Below are positions 1 through 11,506 of a stretch of DNA of 64,000 nt, piece by piece; positions within the stretch are counted from its first letter, which is position 1; every line of letters starts with the position of its first letter. The stretch is from positions 98,474 to 162,473 of the forward strand of contig CAWCFT010000011.1 in the NCBI GenBank assembly GCA_963794945.1, given 5' to 3'. The notes under the pieces were generated by a model that saw nothing but the letters and a program-made list of their open reading frames with translations, had not been told where the DNA came from and ran no database searches. The DNA comes from Endomicrobiales bacterium (GTDB lineage Bacteria > Elusimicrobiota > Endomicrobiia > Endomicrobiales > CAWCFT01). A program made the translations under genes and the position numbers.

Positions 1-256
1 CCATCCAGCCTGACGGAAAGAAATGGTTCTGCTTGCTCTGATCATCTAAATAAACGTAAAAATGCTGAAAAAGGCTTGCGGCAGGGGTCACTACTGCAGG
101 GGTCACTGCTGGGGTCACTTTCTTAGGCTGTACCACGGTTGTCGAATCATCCTGATCATCAGAATCATTGCTCGAGACCTTAGGCGCCGCTAACAACGCA
201 CCAGTAAAATACACCGCAACAACTGCTACAGCAACTGCACTTAACACTTTCTTCAT
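1..256 (-). CDS. Secreted protein, N-terminal part (runs off window); probable carbohydrate-binding-like domain; one frameshift near 78
   Basis: Not in the ORF track. Manual translation: ATG at 256 after AGGAG, signal peptide MKKVLSAVAVAVVAVYFTGALLA, Asp-rich and VTPA-repeat linker; after a 1-nt shift it reads PFSAFYVYLDDQSKQNHFFPSGWM. Confidence 0.6.
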   Translation of the reverse strand, partial: MKKVLSAVAVAVVAVYFTGALLAAPKVSSNDSDDQDDSTTVVQPKKVTPAVTPAVVTPAASLFQHFYVYLDDQSKQNHFFPSGWM

Positions 257-329
257 TGCATTATTCTCCTTTTTATTTTTTACCCCGGTATGTAACGGAG
301 TAGTTTTTCAATATTTATTCCTCAAAGGC

Positions 330-2996
330 TCACTGCTTTAGTATTATCACCTCCACCCTGCGGTTCGCCTCGCGGCCTTGTGCAGTAGAATTTGTTGCAA
401 CTGGTTTTGACTTCCCTAACCCTGACACTTTGATGCGGTTAGCGGCTACACCAACGCTGATGAGATAATCCGCAACGCTTTTTGCTCGTAGTTCGGAAAG
501 CGTCTGGTTAAGCGCTGCGTTTCCCTGCCCGTCCGTATGGCCTTCAACCAATATCATGTTATCTTTATAAGTATTTAATATTTTAACCACTTCGTCAAGC
601 GATTTCCCAGCCTCTTGTTTCAGCGTGCTCTCTCCAGGGTCAAAAAGGACTTTCGATGTCATGGAAATCTGAAGCCCTCTTTCAGTCTCAGTTACATTAA
701 CTTCTTTGGCTGTTTCTGTAACTATAGGATTTACCTTCAAAGATATTTCTACGGGGTCAGTATTAGCGGTATTGCCGCATTCGTCCCTGGCCAATAGCTT
801 CACAGAGTAGCTGCCTGCAGGAACCAATGATCTAAAGTCATCTTTCCCATCCCATTTGAGCATATATGGAGGCCGGCCGTCACCGGAAAATGTCCGTATT
901 ATCTTCCCTTCTGAGTTAGTGACCTCTATTTCCCAGGAATCAATACCGGAAAGCCCAGTTGCCCACGCCCTCATTTCAAGCGTCTGGCCTTCCATTGGCA
1001 AAAACGCAGTTACAGGAATGCCAAGTGAAACCTGCGGAGGAGTTGAATCGGCTGCCTCTTGAACCGGTGCCTTATCATGAACTGGTTTTTTTGTTACTGA
1101 CTTGTGAACTGGATGCGCAAACGTAATTATCGCTCCGAACGAAACACTGAAGAACAAACGCACCTCGTCAAAACTTCCGAGTTCCGGAGAACTGTTATCC
1201 TGCTGGCCCACGCCTTTGACATATTCCATGCCTGCGTTAATTGAATTTCCGAAGTTCCTTGAAACATGCAGCTGATAAAGCCTGTCGTAAGTTTCCCCAA
1301 AGCTCCTCTGCCACGATTCAGGACCCCAATCATCCTGACTGTAACGCAGTTTTACTAGATATGGTTTGTGTTCTATAGATATACCCGAAACAAAATATGC
1401 TGTAATGGGCTTGCCCTGCCCCGTGGCGCTTGTATAGGCGGAACCGTTAAGTGCCAGGGAGTCTCCTCCACCTAGGTTAAAAATTATAACAGAGCGTTTT
1501 GTTTTGAACCGGGCAAGCATTGTAAAATCTCCGATGTATCCATCCGTAGCCCATGGTTCAGTGAGCAGTGGACCGTCCCAGACAAGATTACCGTTCTCGT
1601 CCCAGTAGTAGAGCCTGTCCGTCCCGGTGAAATATCTTGAAAGCGTGTATTTAGCTGCTAAAGAAAGCGGCGCTCTCTCTCCCGGATTCATATTCCATTC
1701 TTCCAGTTTATTTGGCTCATGAAAGTAGAACGGCGTATCGGGAGTTGGGTTATAGGTTACAATGAATGATATGAGGCTGGCTTCCCTGTTGTCCCAGTTT
1801 ACCCAGAAAGGGCTGCTCATATCGCGCGGCTCAAGAAGAGCCGGGCCAGGGTTTGCCAGTGTTCCCTCCAGCGCAAGAGGCACAGGCCCTACAAGCGGCT
1901 TTCTGTAAGTGTAATCAATGCATCCTGTTATGGACTTTGTGATCTTTTCAGTGATCTGCGCGTTTATCTCATTCTTATCGCCAGCCACCAGGCCAAGGTA
2001 TGTGTATTGTAATAATACGTCATCAGCCACCGGCAGCTTTTTTAATGTAAGCTTCGCGCTATATCCCAGCGCATCTGACTGGCCGGTCACACCTGTTTCT
2101 TTTTCATAGCTTGTCCCGAGATAACCGGAACCCGGCGAAACATAGTTCACATAAGTATATTCCTGGTTTAACCTGAAAGGCTGATACATTACTGCAAGCC
2201 TAAGAGAGTCCTTTGAGAAATCGATCTTTGTGCTGAGTTCCGTGGTGGACATCCTTTCGTCCGGGTCGCCGTAGGGAATTATATCGTTGCGGTACATGAG
2301 GTTGGATGTTAATCCAAGAAGATAGAATTCATAATTAGCGTAAAACCCGTCCGTGTAGCCCCAAACTACCTCCGGTCCGTAAATGAGTTGCAGCCTGCCG
2401 GCTTTACCCTGAAGGTCCAGTTCGTAGCCCTCGGGGATTGATTTCCCTGAGATCCTAAGATAGTCATTAGTATCGTATTGTACTGGCAACAGGTCGAAGA
2501 GGTCTCCCTCAAACCTCCATCCGTCAAGCCCGATATTCCGGAAATAGCGAAGGCTCATCCAGTCGCCGGTATATGTTATTTCTCCGCGGTTAAAGTTAAA
2601 ATTCTGTCCGTTGATGTCCATGCGGTGTTCGAGGTTCACTGGCATCCAATACTTGTCCGCGTAAGCGCCGATAAATTCGAATTCTAGTTCACCTTTCAGG
2701 TTTTCAGTAGGATGGAAGCCGACATTAAGGAACATTGTCTCGCCAAAGACCGTGCCGCCCTTGTCCGCCGATGGAGTTGAAGCGCTGTATGTGTAATTAT
2801 TATTTATATCGCTGGCGGTCTTACTGACTGTCCAGTTATCTCCGAGCTTATGATAATAGCCGTCAAACTGAAGTTTGCCGTCAAGGCTTAACGATCCAGT
2901 ATCAAGCAAATCTGGAATCTCACCCGCCGTGCCCTTCAAGGTGTAGGACGCGGCTATGGCAAACGAAAATAAAACCAGAATAAACGATTTGCGCAT
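330..2996 (-). CDS. Large exported protein: putative beta-barrel N-region, FlgD-like Ig domain, C-terminal OmpA peptidoglycan-binding domain
   Basis: Signal peptide from MRKSFILV; aromatic-rich beta-strand region; WDGKDD...GSYSVKL FlgD-like motif; VEGHTD...NQTLSELRA...NRRVEV OmpA_C motifs. Confidence 0.85.
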   Translation of the reverse strand: MRKSFILVLFSFAIAASYTLKGTAGEIPDLLDTGSLSLDGKLQFDGYYHKLGDNWTVSKTASDINNNYTYSASTPSADKGGTVFGETMFLNVGFHPTENLKGELEFEFIGAYADKYWMPVNLEHRMDINGQNFNFNRGEITYTGDWMSLRYFRNIGLDGWRFEGDLFDLLPVQYDTNDYLRISGKSIPEGYELDLQGKAGRLQLIYGPEVVWGYTDGFYANYEFYLLGLTSNLMYRNDIIPYGDPDERMSTTELSTKIDFSKDSLRLAVMYQPFRLNQEYTYVNYVSPGSGYLGTSYEKETGVTGQSDALGYSAKLTLKKLPVADDVLLQYTYLGLVAGDKNEINAQITEKITKSITGCIDYTYRKPLVGPVPLALEGTLANPGPALLEPRDMSSPFWVNWDNREASLISFIVTYNPTPDTPFYFHEPNKLEEWNMNPGERAPLSLAAKYTLSRYFTGTDRLYYWDENGNLVWDGPLLTEPWATDGYIGDFTMLARFKTKRSVIIFNLGGGDSLALNGSAYTSATGQGKPITAYFVSGISIEHKPYLVKLRYSQDDWGPESWQRSFGETYDRLYQLHVSRNFGNSINAGMEYVKGVGQQDNSSPELGSFDEVRLFFSVSFGAIITFAHPVHKSVTKKPVHDKAPVQEAADSTPPQVSLGIPVTAFLPMEGQTLEMRAWATGLSGIDSWEIEVTNSEGKIIRTFSGDGRPPYMLKWDGKDDFRSLVPAGSYSVKLLARDECGNTANTDPVEISLKVNPIVTETAKEVNVTETERGLQISMTSKVLFDPGESTLKQEAGKSLDEVVKILNTYKDNMILVEGHTDGQGNAALNQTLSELRAKSVADYLISVGVAANRIKVSGLGKSKPVATNSTAQGREANRRVEVIILKQ

Positions 2997-3317
2997 TTCG
3001 GCTATTTTATCTTTTCCTTCGAATCCAGTCAAGTGGGTAAAGCTCTATCTGCACAATAAAATATAATATCACGTTCTAAAAACACATATTAATTTTTCAG
3101 CAACTTACTTTCTAATTGAAATAGGTGATGACCGGGATTAACTATACCTGAAGAGAATGTTTAAGTTTATTGTTAACAGCCTTTTTAATGAAAGAGCAAA
3201 GATTAAACGTCAAAATCACCCTTGGTCCGTTTGAAATTCTAACCATTTGACTACAGGATTTACAACTACAATAATAACTATAACAATATTATTGTCATTA
3301 CTTTCCTGCCAGTCAAA

Positions 3318-3764
3318 TTAGAAGGTCGGCGGCTGGTTCATCAGCAGCCAGTAAAGGCCTATGTCAACGATAGACTGCATGAATTTTCCGTAGTCTACCG
3401 GTTTTACTATATAACTATTTACACCAAGCCTGTAGCCTTCGATCACATCTTTCTCTTCTTTGGAAGAGGTAAGTATAACGACCGGTATCGCTTTTGTACG
3501 TTCATCATATTTTATCCTTCTTAAAACCTCCAAGCCGTCAACTTTTGGAAGTTTAAGGTCCAGAATAATTACCTTAGGCTTATCCTTTATATCTCTTCCG
3601 GTGAACGGCCCTGTTACAAATATGTATTCCAGTGCTTTTTCGCCATCATTGACAACATACACCTTGTTGGCAAGGTTATGTTTCTTGAAGGATCTAATGA
3701 TAAGTTCTACATCATTCGGATTGTCCTCAACGAGAAGTATTTCTACTACGTTTTTTTCTTGCAT
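3318..3764 (-). CDS. Single-domain response regulator (Rcp1-like)
   Basis: ILLVEDN, ILDLKLPKVDG, LTSS, NSYIVKP; GGAGG before the ATG at 3764. Confidence 0.9.
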   Translation of the reverse strand: MQEKNVVEILLVEDNPNDVELIIRSFKKHNLANKVYVVNDGEKALEYIFVTGPFTGRDIKDKPKVIILDLKLPKVDGLEVLRRIKYDERTKAIPVVILTSSKEEKDVIEGYRLGVNSYIVKPVDYGKFMQSIVDIGLYWLLMNQPPTF

Positions 3765-3812
3765 GAAAATGCCTCCAAACTCAAGGTTAAAAGATTTTGG
3801 CTTAGAATTCAA

Positions 3813-6718
3813 TTAAATGGGCAACGTAAAATAGAATGTTGCGCCTTCGCCGGGCCTGCTTTCTGCCCATACACTGCCGCCGTGTTTACTTATCACTTTT
3901 TCTATTACAGCAAGCCCTATACCTGTACCATCATATTCCTTCTCGCTATGAAGCCTCTGGAATATGCCGAACAATTTATCAGCATACTTCATATCAAACC
4001 CTATGCCGTTATCCTTAACATAGAAAAGTATTTCTTTTCCCAACTGCTTGCCGCCGATCTCAATTATGGCAGTTTCAGCCGCCTTTGTAAACTTGATCGC
4101 GTTTGATAAAAAGTTCGCAAATACCTGCCGTATTACAGTTATGTCCCCTCTTGCATTTGGAAGGTCTTTGACAATAAAATTAATTCTTCTTGCTGGGTTT
4201 GCAGTTTTGGCCTCATCGATAAGAGACCCGACAATGTTTGATGTATTAATATCCGAAACATTCAGCTCAAGCCTGTTTACCTTTGCAAAAGCCAGGAAGT
4301 CATCTATCAACTTGCCCATTTTATGAGTGTTGTCCATAATAACACTGAACAACCGTTTTGCCTCTTCATCGAAAAGTTTTGAATAGTCTTCCAGTAATAT
4401 TTTCGAAAAACCGTCTATGGCCCTCAAAGGCGCCCTAAGATCATGCGACACCGAGTATGAGAAAGATTCCAGGTACTTATTGGCTTCTTCAAGCTGCGCG
4501 GTGCGTTCCTTCACGCGGTTCTCAAGCTCTTCGTTGAACTTACGGATCCTCTCCTCAACTTTTCTCCTTTCAGTAATATCTTCCCCTGATGACAACGTCC
4601 CTATTATGGCTCCTTTTTCATTTTTCAGCACGGCATTATGGAAAGCAATAGTTCTATGCTCACCCGTCTTGGTAATTATTTCATTTTCAGAATTCTCAAC
4701 TGGCGCAGTGTTGCCTTCCATAATACCGTGGAAGGCTTTTAATATCTTTGCGCCGACTTCATCCGGAACGCAAACATCAAACCAGTTCTTGCCTAAAAGT
4801 TCGTTTTCAGCATAACCTAAAATATCGTAACCTTTTTTTTCAACTGCAAAACCCGCGCTTCCCTGTCTAAAACGAGCAATATGACGCCAGCAATATCAAA
4901 ATACTGCTTTACCTGGTCGCGCTCAACGACAAGTTCTTCCTGCGCTTTTTTCCAATCCGTTATTTCAACTACGATCGCGCCAACGAAATTGCGCCTTTTA
5001 TCCCTTCCCGAAACGGGAAAATATGACACAATCCAGTTCCGTTTCTGCCCGGGATGGCTGGGAGTTTCTCCAGATATTTCAATGTTCAAATATGCCTTTC
5101 CGTTCTCAATAATGTCTTTGCACATGGGCATAAGCTGCGGCGCGAGATCTGGCAAAATGTCGGAAATTGTATTCCCGATATGTTTTTCAATTGAACACCC
5201 GTTCATGTCCGCCATTTTTTTATTTATTTTAACCCACCGATACTGGTCGTCAACAATGCATAGGCCGGCTGGCGATTCGGTAAAAAATGATTCCATCCGC
5301 TGCTCGAGATTTTTTCTTTCGGTTATATCGCGCGCTATACCGTGGATATAGGCCTTGCCTTCAATATCCATGAGCCTCATGCTCACCTCGACGGGGAACT
5401 CTGTCCCGTCTTTGCGTATATTTACAGTCTCATAGACTAGGCCGCCTTTAGTATTCACTGTTCCCAACATTACGCCAAGCTGTTGCCGCTGCTCCGGAGC
5501 CCTTATGTCTTTGATAGACATCTTAAGTAGTTCTGCTCTGGTGTATCCGAACGTATTTACAGCTTTGTTGTTCACTTCAACGATCCTTCCGTCACTTTCC
5601 GCAAGGATAATGATATCGTTCGCGTATTCGGTTATATACTTGAAATGCTTTTCAAGGGCCTTCCTCTCAAGTTCCATCTGGTACTTCAACCGGTAATAAT
5701 ATGAATCTTTTCGATACCAGTAAAAAGCGGTCATAGAACCTGCAAAAAGTATAAAAATTACAGTTGTCAGCGCCGCGAGCCATTCGGTAAATATTAGCGG
5801 GGAACGTATCTCTTTCATGTCTATTTTCGAGACAAGGAACCATGGCGAATCGGGTATCTTTTTAAGCACAGCGAGTACATTCTCCCCTCTGTAATCCTTA
5901 CCAAATACAGGTTTTTCTACTCCCCGCGCGGCCATAGCCGCCGGCAGATTAGGCGAATTGATAGGGAATTTCAGGTTTAAGGCCGTTTTTTTCATGAACC
6001 GAAGTTCGTTAAGATAAACAATATTATCGCCCTGTTGGTCAATCAACAGCGTTTCGCCTGTTTTACTTTCGTTCGGCCAGTTTGTAATGAGTGGGTAGAG
6101 GAATTCGTTAGGGTTAATGCGCAGAAAAATGACGCCAACCTGTGTTTCTTTTTCAGTAGTCCTTACGTTCATGGGAATGAACATGCCCATGTGTATATCA
6201 GGGTCCACTTCCCCCTTTGCCAGGTCTGAAAATATTATTTTGTTTTCATGTCGGGCTTCATCAATAAATCTTTTTGCGGAACGGCCGTAAGCGTTGGCAT
6301 ATTTTCCGCTGGAACACACTATCTTGCCGTTGGTATCTACAGCCAGTATGCTTTCAAGCCTGTACACATCCCTTATAGTTTCCAGAGTTAGCTGATATTC
6401 TCTAAACAATTTCTTGTCGTCAGGATTTTGTACGCAGTCCCTTAGGTATTTTGACAATAAAGGTATGCTGAAAATTGCCCGCGCGTTGGACATCCTCTCA
6501 AGCCGCCAGTTGACTATTTGCGTGACCTTCAGGTCGGCTATAGCAGAAAGCTCGTCTTGCTTTTGTTGGATCGCGCGCTTTTCTTCATGATAGAAATGAA
6601 TAAAACCAAGGATTATCATTCCTATTGTCAGCGCTGAAAATATTAATATAATATGATAAGGTACCGGCGAGCGTGTTGTAGGTGAAGACGTGGGAGTAAC
6701 TTTTGCTTCTTGTATCAC
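3813..6718 (-). CDS. Membrane sensor histidine kinase (Cache-like, multiple PAS, HisKA, HATPase); frameshift in the T run near 4835 joins ORFs 4817-6718 and 3813-4721
   Basis: Two TM segments, PAS motifs, H-box SVSHDLRAPL, G-boxes DNGIGF and GTGIGL. The shifted frame continues KKGYDILGYAENELLGKNWFD into the second ORF. Confidence 0.88.
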
Positions 6719-6904
6719 TTTGCCTCCCTAAATCCTAAATACACCAGTGTGTAGTTGCTGGGAGTAAACTGTATTCCTAAGATTGCATAAGTATAGCAAA
6801 CTTTTTGTGTAATTTGAATATTTCACGAATATATTATAATATTATTTAATCCTTACGAGGCCACTCTTTTTCCGCAAAAGAATTGTTAGAAAAATGGATA
6901 TAGC

Positions 6905-6938
6905 TTGACATTCATGCTATACAATTGTATAATTATAC
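6905..6938 (+). promoter_or_regulatory. Consensus sigma70 promoter with overlapping palindromes (candidate TetR operator)
   Basis: TTGACA (6905-6910), 17 bp, TATAAT (6928-6933); perfect palindromes TATACAATTGTATA (6918-6931) and GTATAATTATAC (6927-6938). Confidence 0.8.
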
Positions 6939-6975
6939 CATAAAGTAATAATACAACATTCAAAGGAGCAGGCAC

Positions 6976-7632
6976 ATGACCAGGCCATCCCGCAACACAG
7001 ATAAACTGCTGATACAGGCCGCAAAAGAACTGATCCCTAAAACCGGAATTTCAGGCCTTACTATCCGCGATGTCTCCAAAAAGGCCGGGGTCAACCTCGG
7101 AATGTTCAATTACCACTTCAAAACCAAGGATGCTTTTATTGATAAACTCCTTGTTGAAACTTATGAAGATTTCTTTACAAACTTTAAAATAGAGTCGGCC
7201 ACTGGCGGTACCCCTAAAGAACGCCTCAAAAATGCCGTAATGACTATAGCTTTTTTTGTCCGCGACAACCGGCAGATATTCATTATGGTGGCAAAAGAAA
7301 TAGCCCTCGGTAACAAAGTTATCATCGATTTCATCAAAAAGCATATGACGAGGCATATTGAAATACTTGTAAAGCTTACTCACGAATGCCAGAAAGAGGG
7401 CTACATTATTAACCTGCCGTTACTGCAGGTTCTCCCATTTATAATGGGTTCGGTCATGGCAACAAACCTTCTTGTAACCGCTATTGAAAGGTTCTCCCCG
7501 GTAAGCTCCAGCGGCATAATGCGCGAACTGTTTGCCATGGCGGCCGATAAAACGCTCTTAGCCGACAAAGCCATAGTGCAGCGTGTGGATATGGCGCTTA
7601 ATGCGCTAACGCCGCGTAAGGAGCCGATATGA
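6976..7632 (+). CDS. TetR/AcrR family regulator (CecR/YbiH-like position)
   Basis: HTH LTIRDVSKKAGVNLGMFNYHFKTK; first gene of the efflux operon. Confidence 0.9.
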   Translation: MTRPSRNTDKLLIQAAKELIPKTGISGLTIRDVSKKAGVNLGMFNYHFKTKDAFIDKLLVETYEDFFTNFKIESATGGTPKERLKNAVMTIAFFVRDNRQIFIMVAKEIALGNKVIIDFIKKHMTRHIEILVKLTHECQKEGYIINLPLLQVLPFIMGSVMATNLLVTAIERFSPVSSSGIMRELFAMAADKTLLADKAIVQRVDMALNALTPRKEPI

Positions 7633-8996
7633 ACACCAATAACAAAATCATATTATTAACCACTATATTTATTGCAATTTCAACGTGTATTTGCTCAGCG
7701 GACGTGCCCATGCTCAGCCTTGAACTTGGCGACTGCGAAACGAACGCAAAAAACAGTTCTCCTCAGTTAAAAAGCCTTGTGTATGAGCAGTCGGCCGCCG
7801 AAATGCGGGCTCAAGAGCTTAAAACTCAGTATTACCCGACACTGAGTTTTGACGGGAGCTATAAATATTTATCTGAAATACAGGAAGTGGTTGTTCCAAT
7901 ACGCGGGTTCGGCTCACTGCAGTTGGGAGAACATGATAATTATTCAGTCGGGCCCACGCTTGCCTGGACAGCTTTGGATTTTGGCGCGCGTTCAGGCTCA
8001 TACAGAAGCGCCTTTGCCGCGGCAGAAGCCAAAAAACTGCAGGCACAGGCCGCTGAAAGCCGGTTGCTTCTTGACGCAAGGTCTGCCTATTTCCGTGTAG
8101 CTCTGGCCGGTGAGCAGGTAACGCTCTATGCCGATTCCCTAAAGCTTGCTAACGCGCAGTATAACGATATAAAGATAAACGTTCATGCCGGCACAAGGAG
8201 CCTTTTGGATGAGCTTTCCGCTCATCAGGAAGTGCTTACAAGGATGAAGCAGTTAAGGCAGGCGCGCGCTGATATGGCTTCGGCACTCAGGGACTTGGCC
8301 GCCATTACAGGGCAGGATTACGCCTGCGATGTTTCAGCCCCCCTGGATGCCAGAGCAGCCGGCACATTGCCGGATTCTGTTTCCGGGCCGACCTCTATTG
8401 TGAAGCTCGAAAGCATAGATTCGCTTCTTGACAAGTTCGAGCCCTACGCTAAAACGAGACTGAACGATAACCATCCCGGAATCAAAACGTATTCAAAATC
8501 AGAGGAATCCGCTATTTTTGCCAAGCGCGGTATCGAGGCCGACAAATGGCCTAAGGTTCAGCTTTCGGCTAGGTCATCACTCGAATATCCTAACGGCAAC
8601 CAGGCAGTCGATTATAACCAGAACGCCTTAGGCGTCACTCTCAACTGGACGCTTTTTGAGTCCGGGCTTACTAATAAACGCGCGGCTGAACAAGAGAGCG
8701 AAAGCCGTTCAGCTGGCGAACTGGAGAAACAAGCCAGGACTGACTACTCGCGCGACTGGAACAAGACCACGGACCAGCTTTTAAACCTTGAAGAACAAAG
8801 AAAAATCAATGATATTTCGGTTTCTGAGTCCGCGCAACTGGCAGACATTACTTATAAATCTTACAATGCTGGTTCAGCCACCTACCTAGAGGTAGAGGAC
8901 GCGAACTTTAAATCTCTTGAGGCTAAGATCGATTCGGCTACGACCAAGGTTCAGATACTGTTGAACCTTGCAACGTTAGCAAGCCTCAGCGAATAA
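7629..8996 (+). CDS. TolC family outer membrane efflux protein
   Basis: Signal peptide, two OEP repeats (YYPTLSFDGSY; WPKVQLSA), YNAGSATYLEV. Confidence 0.88.
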   Translation: MNTNNKIILLTTIFIAISTCICSADVPMLSLELGDCETNAKNSSPQLKSLVYEQSAAEMRAQELKTQYYPTLSFDGSYKYLSEIQEVVVPIRGFGSLQLGEHDNYSVGPTLAWTALDFGARSGSYRSAFAAAEAKKLQAQAAESRLLLDARSAYFRVALAGEQVTLYADSLKLANAQYNDIKINVHAGTRSLLDELSAHQEVLTRMKQLRQARADMASALRDLAAITGQDYACDVSAPLDARAAGTLPDSVSGPTSIVKLESIDSLLDKFEPYAKTRLNDNHPGIKTYSKSEESAIFAKRGIEADKWPKVQLSARSSLEYPNGNQAVDYNQNALGVTLNWTLFESGLTNKRAAEQESESRSAGELEKQARTDYSRDWNKTTDQLLNLEEQRKINDISVSESAQLADITYKSYNAGSATYLEVEDANFKSLEAKIDSATTKVQILLNLATLASLSE

Positions 8997-9005
8997 GACA
9001 ATATC

Positions 9006-9097
9006 GAATTTCTAAGCCCGAAATTCTAAAAAACGAAGTTGAGGTATTTTTTATTTTAAATATTTGAAGTTGGTGTTTTTTTCGGATTTAGAAATTG
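9006..9097. repeat. AT-rich intergenic imperfect inverted repeat
   Basis: AATTTCTAAGCCCGAAA ... TTTCGGATTTAGAAATT. Confidence 0.55.
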
Positions 9098-9116
9098 CTG
9101 TTTCCTTGGAGGACAC

Positions 9117-9849
9117 ATGAACAAAAAAGTAGTAATCCCCATCATTATTGTTGCTATAGCCGCTGCGGCGGTTGGTATTTTTCTCTTGAAAAGCAGCAAC
9201 TTTACTTACGCGGGTACTGTTGAAGCGACCGAAGTTGACCTTTCTTCAAGGCTGACAGGAGTAATAGCATCAGTGAAAGTGCGCGAGGGCGACAAGGTAT
9301 CCGCGAACGAACAGCTTGTGAGTTTATCAGTTGATGATATCCGCGTAGCCGGCTGAAGCCGCAGAGAGCGACTACAAACGCGCGGTCGAGCTTCTTTCCG
9401 CAGGTTCAATGAACAGGGAAGCGTATGACAAGCTCAAATTCAAATGGGAAGACGCAGAAGTACGTCTTGGCTGGAGCAGTATCAAGTCACCGCTTGACGG
9501 CACCGTGCTGACCCGATACCACGAGCCCGGCGAGATGGTCAACCCAGGCACCAAGCTCCTTACGATAGCCGACCTAAAACATCCCTGGGCCTATGTCTAT
9601 GTTCCCCAGCCGATGCTTTCCAAGTTATCGATCGGTATGAAGGTAAATGGGTTCGTCCCGGACGACAGGAACAGGGCTGTCTCAGGAAAGATCGAACATA
9701 TTAACGATGAGGCAGAGTTCACGCCTAAGAACGTACAAACAAGAAAGGAAAGGACGCGTCTCGTTTTCGGGATCAAGGTGGCCTTTATAAATGACGATGA
9801 ATTCCTAAAACCAGGGATGACGGTCGAAGTTACTCTTCCGGAGAAATAA
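9117..9849 (+). CDS. HlyD/YbhG family membrane fusion protein; frameshift near 9351
   Basis: GTVEATEVDLSS lipoyl half motif, IKSPLDGTV, and the YbhG hallmark AEFTPKNVQT...LVFGIKV...LKPGM. Removing one G restores the frame. Confidence 0.88.
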
Positions 9850-9858
9850 TAAGTCCAA

Positions 9859-10624
9859 ATGGATACAATAAAACCAAAGAATATTGGCATTGAAATCTCC
9901 GGTTTAACCAAGAGCTTCGGCAAGACAAAAGCCCTAGACGGTATCACTATAAAAGTTGAACCCGGCGCTCTCAACGGGTTTATCGGGCCGGACGGCGCCG
10001 GCAAGACAACGCTTTTTCGTTTGCTAGCGGGCCTCCTGCGTCCGGACAGCGGGAACATAGGCTTCACCTCCGAAGGCAGCGGCATCCCGTTCGACAACAT
10101 TCGCCCTTCGCTTTCCTATATGCCGTCAAAACAGAGCCTTTATCCAGACCTTTCCATCGACGAACACCTAATTTTCTTCAGGGACCTTTACAGCCTCAAA
10201 GAGAGCGACTTTAAAGCCAGGTCCGCGGAACTGCTAGAGATCACGCGCCTTGAAAAGTTCAGGTCAAGGAAGATCGGAAAACTATCCGGCGGGATGTACA
10301 AGAAAGTGGGGCTCATGTGTGCCATGCTGCAGTCCCCCTCCATGATGCTTCTTGACGAGCCCACGAACGGCGTTGACCCTATCAGCCGCAGGGAGTTCTG
10401 GGACCTTCTTCACAGGTTGTCTCGAACAGAAAATACTGATACTTATATCAACTTCATATATGGACGAAGCCGAGCGCTGCTCTGCTGTTCACCTGATGGA
10501 CACGGGGAAGGTCATAACGAGTGGCACGCCTGACTCCATCCTTTCGCGCGAAAAAGCCGAAGGATTCGATGCGATATTCATAAAAATGGATAAACACGAA
10601 CACCATCATGAACGAACATCTTAA
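9859..10624 (+). CDS. ABC transporter ATP-binding protein (YbhF N-half-like); frameshift near 10425
   Basis: Walker A GPDGAGKT, LSGGM, LLDEPTNGVDP; the second frame gives ISTSYMDEAERC. Confidence 0.88.
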
Positions 10625-10632
10625 ATAGCATC

Positions 10633-11466
10633 ATGAATGCGGTAAATAATATGGATACTAACAGTTTTTCTAACGATGATATACCAACACAAAATATGAC
10701 TATACCCAACGCTGTGAAAACGGTTGAGCTGGACAAACTCACGGTCAAGTTCGGTGATTTTACAGCTGTCAAAGAGCTGACGCTTAGCGTAGACAAAGGC
10801 GAGATATTCGGGTTCCTAGGCGCCAACGGAGCCGGTAAAACCACCGCCATCCGCGTTATGTGCGGGCTTTTACTGCCTACAAGCGGGGATGTGCGGATAG
10901 CCGGGCTTGATTTCTCGCACGGCAAAAACGCAATTAAACGCAAAGTCGGTTATATGTCGCAAAAGTTCACGCTGTATGACGACCTTACAGTTATGGAGAA
11001 TTTGAACTTCAAATCCGCTATCAGAAAAATACCCGAGAGCGTATCCAGAGAACGGATTGATTCCATATTCGAGTTCATCGAGTACGATTACGGGCGTGAC
11101 ACTATGGTGCGCGACCTCCCCGCCGGCGTCAAACAGCAGGTTTCGCTCGCCGCAACACTTATACACGACCCGGAAATTGTTTTCCTCGATGAGCCGACAT
11201 CGGGTGTTTCGCCGGCAGTGCGCGCAAGGTTCTGGTCGCTCATCCGGCGGCTCGCCAAAGAAGGAAAGACTGTTTTTGTGACAACTCATTACATGGACGA
11301 AGCTGAAGAGTGCGGAAGGATTGCCCTAATGAGGACAGGAAAGCTGATAGCCCTCGGAAGCCCTTGCCAGCTTGAAAAAGAAGCCTACCCGGACGGCCTT
11401 CCGAGCGGCAAGAAAGCGACGCTAGAGGACGTTTTCCTAAAGCTTGTGGAAGGTGACGAGAGATAA
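10633..11466 (+). CDS. ABC transporter ATP-binding protein (YbhF C-half-like)
   Basis: GANGAGKT, FLDEPTSG, TTHYMDEAE. Confidence 0.9.
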   Translation: MNAVNNMDTNSFSNDDIPTQNMTIPNAVKTVELDKLTVKFGDFTAVKELTLSVDKGEIFGFLGANGAGKTTAIRVMCGLLLPTSGDVRIAGLDFSHGKNAIKRKVGYMSQKFTLYDDLTVMENLNFKSAIRKIPESVSRERIDSIFEFIEYDYGRDTMVRDLPAGVKQQVSLAATLIHDPEIVFLDEPTSGVSPAVRARFWSLIRRLAKEGKTVFVTTHYMDEAEECGRIALMRTGKLIALGSPCQLEKEAYPDGLPSGKKATLEDVFLKLVEGDER

Positions 11467-11506
11467 AGCAATATCAAATATCAAGAATCAAAAATATCAA
11501 ATAGAA

